A stretch of DNA of 64,000 nt. Source: a virus. Shown here in pieces: positions 57,963 to 64,000 of the stretch. The stretch spans positions 1-64,000 of IMG/VR virus record IMGVR_UViG_3300050144_000109. One strand, given 5' to 3'. Under the pieces are notes generated by a model that saw nothing but the letters and a program-made list of their open reading frames with translations, did no database searches and was not told the DNA's origin. Numbering within the stretch: the first letter of the stretch is position 1; each line of letters begins with the position of its first letter. A program made the translations under genes and the position numbers.

Positions 57963-58304
57963 ATGGATGTCGATAAATTAATGATCAGTCCTGGCGCTGA
58001 CTGGCTGTACAGTGAAGAATTCAAAGTCGTGATTGAGAGTCATCTGGGGTTCATCAGACAGTCTTCCAGTACAAAGGTCATGACCATCACGCCAGAGAAC
58101 GTGAGAATCTTCAAAAATGATTTCTATGGATTACTCACCTCAATCAAGATCAAACCTAGAGACTTTTGGATCATCTTGAGAATCAACAACATGCACAATC
58201 CACAAGAATTCGATGAAACCAAGAATGTGGTATTTGTTCCAGACAATCGCACATTACAGCACATCAAGATGGCGCACAAAAGCATCAGTGCCATCACGAC
58301 ATAA
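57963..58304 (+). CDS. Small LysM / T4-gp53-like protein
   Basis: DFYGLL...FWIILRINNMHNP.EF....VFVP; GAGG RBS. Confidence 0.6.
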   Translation: MDVDKLMISPGADWLYSEEFKVVIESHLGFIRQSSSTKVMTITPENVRIFKNDFYGLLTSIKIKPRDFWIILRINNMHNPQEFDETKNVVFVPDNRTLQHIKMAHKSISAITT

Positions 58305-58323
58305 AAAAGAAATCAAGAAGAGG

Positions 58324-58375
58324 CTACCAACTACAGCTAGGTAAACACCTTTGCTGTAGTTGGTAGTTTCTTATG
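58324..58375. terminator. Hairpin plus TTATG
   Basis: CTACCAACTACAGC / GCTGTAGTTGGTAG. Confidence 0.75.
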
Positions 58376-58387
58376 ACGTCAAGTCTT

Positions 58388-59875
58388 TCAGTAGCCTGTG
58401 CCCTGCATCATTCCACCACCCAGATGACTTTGGCGGACAGGAGTCATCCGCTGCCAGTCACTTGCACTGACGACTGCAGGATTCGTCAGGACTGGCTGCT
58501 GTTGCTGCTGGAATGGCTGCTGCGCTTGTTGGATGTAGGTGTACGTTCCATCCGCCATGCGCACCATGGGTCGTCCATTGGCATCCATAACTGTACCGGG
58601 CGCCACCATTTGGGCTGGCTGAGGCTGCTGGATTGGTTGTGAGAACGCTCCAGCATTGTCCAGCATCCGTGCAGTGGTCGGATTGAGTCGCTGTGGTTGC
58701 TGCGGCTGCATTTGCTGACTCTGCACAGGAATCAGCTGACCATTGATCAGGTAACACGGACGTTGGTACTGATCCATGTAGATCTGCTGTTGCGCCATGC
58801 TAGGGCGCCAAGCCACTGCAGTACGCGCTCCTTGATCCAGCACAGGCGCTGGCTGGACTGAAGGATGATACATCGCTGCAGCCACGGGTGCGGGCACACT
58901 TGGAGGAGGGGGGACGTGCTGCGGAAGCTCCGGGTAAATGACCGGCATGGTGGGTGCAGGCACGTGCGGCTTGGGAATGGGTGCAGGAGCAACAGCCTTT
59001 GTACCTCCTCCATCTTGCATGGGAATGGCACGAATCTCTGCCAACATGGAGTGTGCGTTTTCAAGCTCCTCCATCCAATTAAGATCCGCCTTGACCACAT
59101 CCATGTTTCCAATGAAACGCTCGAATGCATCTGCTGTGTCATTGATCTCTTGCGTGATCTTTGCCACAGCCCGCAGCATACAGTCGAAGCTAGGACCCAC
59201 ATCCGACACACTGCCCATGTTGTACTTGCCAGGTACATCAATGTCAGTGATGACATACTGGTACAGCTTCATCAGCGCATCTTTGTCCTTGTTGCGCAGC
59301 GTCACAGTGCCCAGCTTCTTTCCACCCTCACTGACCATCTTCTTCAGTGCTTCGTACATCGGCCATGACACAATGGCACCACGTGCGTAGGTTCGATCAC
59401 CAATGCGGGCTTGCTTCTTGATGAACAGATGCACGCTGACCAGAGAATCATCCTTGCCAGCTTGTGTGCAGATCTGTAGCCACTTGGAAGCAGTGTCAGC
59501 ATCCACGTCCTTCAGCAGCAGCAGCAAATCAGATTGCTCTGAATTGGTCTTGCTGTGTTCGCCCACATTGACAGCCAGGTTGATGAGCTCACCCATGAGC
59601 GTCGTCAGACGCAAGTGCATGGCTTGCGCCATGACGGTACGCAGCCGCTCCATCACTGCAGTCTCACCGCCCGCAGCAGCTTCCAGGAGAGGATGCACAA
59701 TGGCCAGCTCAGGCCCACGACGCAGATTGTCCTGCGTAGGCAGCGCCATCCGTTTGCCCTTGGTCATGGCATGGTGTTTGCGCTCCCCAAATTGGAAGCT
59801 AATCAGGCAGTCATCTTCGGTAACCAAGTTACCCATGGGCAGCACGCGCTTGTAGAAGTCAATCAGTTTTGACAT
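58388..59875 (-). CDS. Conserved nucleus-cluster protein (phiKZ gp70-like) with Pro/Gln-rich tail
   Basis: Synteny between PicA-like and nvRNAP beta genes; LPT...HPL.E motif. Confidence 0.7.
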   Translation of the reverse strand: MSKLIDFYKRVLPMGNLVTEDDCLISFQFGERKHHAMTKGKRMALPTQDNLRRGPELAIVHPLLEAAAGGETAVMERLRTVMAQAMHLRLTTLMGELINLAVNVGEHSKTNSEQSDLLLLLKDVDADTASKWLQICTQAGKDDSLVSVHLFIKKQARIGDRTYARGAIVSWPMYEALKKMVSEGGKKLGTVTLRNKDKDALMKLYQYVITDIDVPGKYNMGSVSDVGPSFDCMLRAVAKITQEINDTADAFERFIGNMDVVKADLNWMEELENAHSMLAEIRAIPMQDGGGTKAVAPAPIPKPHVPAPTMPVIYPELPQHVPPPPSVPAPVAAAMYHPSVQPAPVLDQGARTAVAWRPSMAQQQIYMDQYQRPCYLINGQLIPVQSQQMQPQQPQRLNPTTARMLDNAGAFSQPIQQPQPAQMVAPGTVMDANGRPMVRMADGTYTYIQQAQQPFQQQQQPVLTNPAVVSASDWQRMTPVRQSHLGGGMMQGTGY

Positions 59876-59891
59876 ATTCGTTTCTCCTTGA

Positions 59892-61289
59892 TCAGTAAAG
59901 GTTACCCAGACCGGACACGCTGCTCAACACAGTGTCCACACTCTGGTACAGGTATTCAACTCCCGACGGATTGCGGGAGATGACAGGTGCGACTAACGAG
60001 TCGCAGAAAGACGGGAACGAATAAGGGATGAACATCCCCACACCGTCCAGACGAAGGTGAATGGTCGTGATGCCGAACAAGTCACAGTTCACCATGGCTT
60101 CGAAGAACATGAAACCACCCACCAGCGTCGGCATCAACTCTTTCTCAATGACAAACTTGAATCCCTGGAACATGTTGGTCATGTCCTGGTGACCTGTCAT
60201 GGAGGCGAAGTCAGAGAGCAACACATCGGTACCCGTCATCATGTTGAATTGCATGCGAGAGAACCCAAACCGATTCAGGTAAGCGGGCACACTCTGGCCG
60301 ATGATGGTGGCCACTTGAGTCGCCATGTCACTGCCAGCCCAGTGCTCGCCTTCAAACCCCAGTACCGAAGTGCTTTCCACGTGCATGACGTTGACCGCGT
60401 TGGGGTCCAGAACACAGAGCTCACCGAACGTGAAACTGTTCGGAGTGAGAACAATCCTGTTCTTGGTCGCCAGCAACGACAAGAAACTGTCACGGGTCAC
60501 AGTCGGGTTCTTGACAGAATGGTAGGCATTGTCCAGCACAGACTCTTGTGCGCCCTGGTATTCCATCGAGTGCTTGCTGCCGAGGTAGTTGCCCACCAAG
60601 TCTCCCAGATAGCCAGATGCTGTGCTGTGCTTGAAGGTACTCTTCACGGGCACCATACCGACGTTCTTGGTGGTGTTCGACTCGAAGCTCAATCCTGCCT
60701 GGTAGTGGGTAGCGTCATTCATGGCTTGCAACGCATCTTGCGGACGCTGCAGGTAGACCCGGTCCTGGCTGGGTGTGTTGTCAAACTGACTGTTGGAAAT
60801 GACGAGTGATCCCTCCTTCATCATTCCAGCGGTAGGCACGCTGGCGTTCGGATTCATGGCCTGAATCTGATTGATGTAGAAACGCAGATTCGGGCTGATG
60901 TGCATGCCGTACGACACATCGAAGTATTCCGTAAATCCGCTGATGATCTCGATGAAGCGCATGCCCATGGTGTCTTGCACTTCCACATGCAGCACCCAGC
61001 GCATGCGTTCTTGCCGCCAGCCGTAAGGAATTACTGCCAGCCCTTCATGCGTAGCAGCAGGGCGAATCATCTTGCCTGCAGCGCCAGCAATCGTGGCTGA
61101 TGTCACGCCCAGATTCTCTTGCACGCTGCTCGTGATCTCATTCATCACCTCGTAGTCCAAGCTCGACTGGAACGGACGCAGAAACACCTCATTCATGGGT
61201 GCGGTCTTTTGCATCAGCAACTTGACAACACGCAGGTTGTTGGTGGCGTACATGGAAGGGGAGGTGGTGTAGCTGATTTGTTGGCTCAT
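59892..61289 (-). CDS. picA: Phage-nucleus protein importer PicA/Imp1 (phiKZ gp69-like)
   Basis: Synteny directly downstream of the gp68-like gene; IPYGW...R.R, GFT, P.FCDSL.AP motifs. Confidence 0.65.
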   Translation of the reverse strand: MSQQISYTTSPSMYATNNLRVVKLLMQKTAPMNEVFLRPFQSSLDYEVMNEITSSVQENLGVTSATIAGAAGKMIRPAATHEGLAVIPYGWRQERMRWVLHVEVQDTMGMRFIEIISGFTEYFDVSYGMHISPNLRFYINQIQAMNPNASVPTAGMMKEGSLVISNSQFDNTPSQDRVYLQRPQDALQAMNDATHYQAGLSFESNTTKNVGMVPVKSTFKHSTASGYLGDLVGNYLGSKHSMEYQGAQESVLDNAYHSVKNPTVTRDSFLSLLATKNRIVLTPNSFTFGELCVLDPNAVNVMHVESTSVLGFEGEHWAGSDMATQVATIIGQSVPAYLNRFGFSRMQFNMMTGTDVLLSDFASMTGHQDMTNMFQGFKFVIEKELMPTLVGGFMFFEAMVNCDLFGITTIHLRLDGVGMFIPYSFPSFCDSLVAPVISRNPSGVEYLYQSVDTVLSSVSGLGNLY

Positions 61290-61323
61290 GGTACTTTTCT
61301 CTTCAGTGGTTGGATGGATTGGT

Positions 61324-62865
61324 TTACAGGGGCGCCAGCTGAATGATCAGATTAGCAATGATTACTTTGATGTCGTTTGGGCAACTCAGTCGAGTCATGC
61401 CTTCGTACCCAGTGACCAGTTTGATTTTCTCTGGACTCATGCGAAGCGTCCAGTCATTGGCACTGAGTTCCTCATTGAACTTGTCAATGGCTTTGATGAT
61501 GGGATTGATCTGCTTACTCTTGATGCTCGATCCTTGTGGAATAACAGAAATGGGGAATAACTTCTCGATCTCTGCAACGGTTTCAATAGGTAGGCGTACA
61601 CGTGAAGAGTTCCCCCCTACAAATGTCACTTGATCATCCAGCATGGCCACACCACCAACGATGCCTGCCAGCGAATGGTAGTTGTTCTGCCACAGCCATG
61701 TCTGAGCCACTGCAATGGCATTGAGCAACTCTTTCTTCTTGAGCAACACAACGCCCCGAGGAGAGATGACACGCTTCAATACAAACTGAACCAGTGTGAC
61801 TTGGATAGTGGAGATGCGCGCATTCACCAATCCCAAAGCTTGTTGGTAGAACTCATCCAGCAGCCGCATGTCCATCTTCGAGTCTAGCTTAGAGGCCACC
61901 CGGAGAATGTCAGACATGTAGACATTGAACATGGTCTTGTCGCCAATACTGATCGACTGTGAGATCTTGTAGGCTTCCATGTTGCTGGCCTTGTTCTCAT
62001 CAGACCCAGACGAATCAGACGTTGTCTTAGGTTTGACCATGTCCGCATACTTCGTGGGAGCACTACCGTTTTGGTGCTGCTTCACGTAGTAGTACATGGC
62101 CGTGATGACGTTGGATTCTGCACCAACAGGATTCACAGGCGCCATGGCAAACTTACTCACGACCAAGGAAGCCAAAAGCTTCGCAGGATAGTCCTCAGTA
62201 CCCGTGCCATTGATCATCACATTCAGAGAGTTGTCACCCCCCTTGCCAATGGATGCATTGATGTATCGTTCCAGCTTTGCGATCGAGTCCAAGTTGGGCA
62301 CATAACTGTCCTTGAGCAGCATGTAAGCAAAGTATTCCTTGTAGTCGCCAATCTGGCTGGCAGTATGGTGCATGAATTCTGTCCAGATGGGTACCATCAC
62401 CTTGAACAGTACAAGTGAAGCAACCAGCTTGATGTAATCCTCACGAAGATAAGTCTGGTCACGGCTGCCAGGCTTCTCGTCTGAAGAGTCATACTCCGCA
62501 GTGCACTTCTCAGGGATGTGTACGTACGGGTCTAAACTGATCTTCCTTCGCAGTGCTTCGAAATCATGGAGCCCGATCAACTCCGCAACTGGAGTGATCA
62601 GACCCTGGATGAGGTAGTTGATGTCAAACGTGTCTTCAATGACGGCCTTGATTTCAAACATCTTGTTGAAGATGTCGCCTTGCTTTTGGATAGGAAGTTC
62701 TTTCCAGAACTCATTGATGTACCCAAAGATGTCAGTGTCGCTCTGCAGCTTCTTCTCTTGGGAGCGATCCGTGATCCGAAACAACAGATACCGAACATCC
62801 GCGCTCACAGGGTGTGAACAACGAATGTACATGGCGCCTTCATCATGGAGTAAATCCATATGCAT
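61324..62865 (-). CDS. nvRNAP promoter-specificity subunit (phiKZ gp68-like)
   Basis: F..IN.F...LP...Q..IF; TYLREDY..L......K...PIW.EF; S.ME.YK. Confidence 0.75.
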   Translation of the reverse strand: MHMDLLHDEGAMYIRCSHPVSADVRYLLFRITDRSQEKKLQSDTDIFGYINEFWKELPIQKQGDIFNKMFEIKAVIEDTFDINYLIQGLITPVAELIGLHDFEALRRKISLDPYVHIPEKCTAEYDSSDEKPGSRDQTYLREDYIKLVASLVLFKVMVPIWTEFMHHTASQIGDYKEYFAYMLLKDSYVPNLDSIAKLERYINASIGKGGDNSLNVMINGTGTEDYPAKLLASLVVSKFAMAPVNPVGAESNVITAMYYYVKQHQNGSAPTKYADMVKPKTTSDSSGSDENKASNMEAYKISQSISIGDKTMFNVYMSDILRVASKLDSKMDMRLLDEFYQQALGLVNARISTIQVTLVQFVLKRVISPRGVVLLKKKELLNAIAVAQTWLWQNNYHSLAGIVGGVAMLDDQVTFVGGNSSRVRLPIETVAEIEKLFPISVIPQGSSIKSKQINPIIKAIDKFNEELSANDWTLRMSPEKIKLVTGYEGMTRLSCPNDIKVIIANLIIQLAPL

Positions 62866-62910
62866 TTATGTGCTCCTACAGTAAGAGATTGAGCTTTCTG
62901 GGCTCTATTC

Positions 62911-62940
62911 AATAATGTGTAATTGTGATTTTTTGCAATC
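62911..62940 (-). promoter_or_regulatory. Putative early promoter variant
   Basis: Minus strand TTGCAAAAAATCACAATTACACATTATT. Confidence 0.5.
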
Positions 62941-62950
62941 TTATTAAGCG

Positions 62951-62994
62951 GCCCTCTACCCTACTGCGAGCAGCCGCGCAGTAGGGTAGAGGGC
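62951..62994 (-). terminator. 18-bp hairpin
   Basis: GCCCTCTACCCTACTGCG / CGCAGTAGGGTAGAGGGC. Confidence 0.75.
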
Positions 62995-63032
62995 ACACTA
63001 GAAGACTATTTGAACAGTCTAAGCTTCTTCAA

Positions 63033-63773
63033 TTAGAACGGAATGTCATCGGACATACTGTCATCAGCTGCTGGCTTTTGGGAGTACCCTCCACCACCTT
63101 GGTTGCCCTTGTTATAGCCACCGCCACCGCCGCCATATTGCTTGTTACCACCGTAGCCACCGCCACCTTTGCCCTTGTTGAAGTCAGGAGCAGGCGGAGG
63201 AACGAATTCATCGACCATGATGATTGAGGCCATTTGCTCCCAAGACATCACAAAACTCTCAGCTGTTAATTGGGAGATCTCAGACTTGCTGAAAGAGCTG
63301 CCATTGCCGTGGAACATCGGATGGTAACGCGTGTCCCGAGGAGCAAAGTTGAACTTGATCACCGGACGGTTGGCGGCGTTCTTTGCCAGAACAGAGATGA
63401 AGATCATGCCTTCATCATCACGACCCACCCACACGTCCGAGATGTGGGAGAGTTCTTGCGCACGCTGACCATTGACACGGTCGTAGTTGTGACATTCGAT
63501 CTTCCACTTCTCAGCCTTGGTGGCTGCGATGGCACGCTTGAGTAAGATGATCAGCATGTTGAACACTTGCGGGTTCAGTGCAGCTTGAATGCGACCATAG
63601 TCGATGCTTTGGTCAGCCGGGTCACCGGTACGCACGACCAGGCGCGGGCTACCGTTGTAGAAGTCCAACAGTAGCGTGGAGAACTTACCCTTGGCGGTGG
63701 GGCAAGGCGCACTGAGTTGCATGTGCGTGCTAGAGAACACAGACTTCTTCTTAGGGGTAACGTTGTCAGACAT
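63033..63773 (-). CDS. chmC: ChmC-like (phiKZ gp67-like) Whirly-fold nucleic-acid-binding protein with Gly-rich tail ending DDIPF
   Basis: Synteny upstream of the gp68-like gene; PRLVVRT...GRI.A, VGRD.EG.IFISV...RP.IKF.F; AGGAG RBS. Confidence 0.65.
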   Translation of the reverse strand: MSDNVTPKKKSVFSSTHMQLSAPCPTAKGKFSTLLLDFYNGSPRLVVRTGDPADQSIDYGRIQAALNPQVFNMLIILLKRAIAATKAEKWKIECHNYDRVNGQRAQELSHISDVWVGRDDEGMIFISVLAKNAANRPVIKFNFAPRDTRYHPMFHGNGSSFSKSEISQLTAESFVMSWEQMASIIMVDEFVPPPAPDFNKGKGGGGYGGNKQYGGGGGGYNKGNQGGGGYSQKPAADDSMSDDIPF

Positions 63774-63875
63774 TTGAAAAGGACTCCTGGATGGAAAAGG
63801 AAAGGTACAATGAGTCAGGCTGCAGATGTTCCTGACTACATGCAATGGTTGCTTTGGGTTTATTTTCCCAACGAA

Positions 63876-64000
63876 TCAAGTCATCTCGCTCAAGATGGAC
63901 CTGTAGAATGGATTGCTAATCATAGACAATCCCAAATGAATGCGGTCTTTGGTGGTGGCGAAACTCCAGTTGTATTTCTCAGCAATGCCCAAGATTTCTT
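63876..64000 (-). CDS. 3' end of a gene running off the window
   Basis: Open frame EILGIAEKYNWSFATTKDRI...SEMT*. Confidence 0.6.
   Translation of the reverse strand, partial: EILGIAEKYNWSFATTKDRIHLGLSMISNPFYRSILSEMT

Noticed and set aside
1-64000. tRNA/rRNA genes, inteins, chimallin, tubulin, major capsid gene
   Set aside because: None recognised in this window; the nucleus-forming assignment rests on the split RNAPs and synteny

Overview
A 64 kb segment of a phiKZ-like, nucleus-forming jumbo phage (Chimalliviridae type), mostly encoded on the minus strand. In order it holds: (1) an accessory early region (1-7320); (2) thymidylate kinase; (3) a virion block (8.1-28 kb) with five paralogous protease-processed internal head proteins; (4) more small early genes; (5) a family-B DNA polymerase/exonuclease gene split by a 363-nt ORF-less group I intron exactly in motif A; (6) a muramidase-like gene lacking its catalytic Glu; (7) a virion RNAP beta' fragment; (8) a gene pair joined by a predicted programmed -1 frameshift (T TTT TTC plus hairpin), resembling tail-assembly chaperones G/GT; (9) PAAR/spike, SbcC-like ATPase and SF2 helicase; (10) the non-virion RNAP and phage-nucleus cluster (beta'C, betaC, gp70-, PicA/gp69-, gp68- and ChmC/gp67-like). 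The best candidate for an undescribed system is 4027-6245. There a RuvC-less TnpB derivative under a phage early promoter sits next to a ~550-nt multi-hairpin non-coding region and a catalytically degenerate HNH protein flanked by two small paralogs. Recurrent non-coding signals include TATATTAC-like early promoters, a 5' hairpin + CAACCA leader motif, an exact 41-bp cUUCGg element present twice, and long CTAC-rich hairpins followed by TTATG. phiKZ gene numbers come from recalled synteny and motifs, not from a database search.
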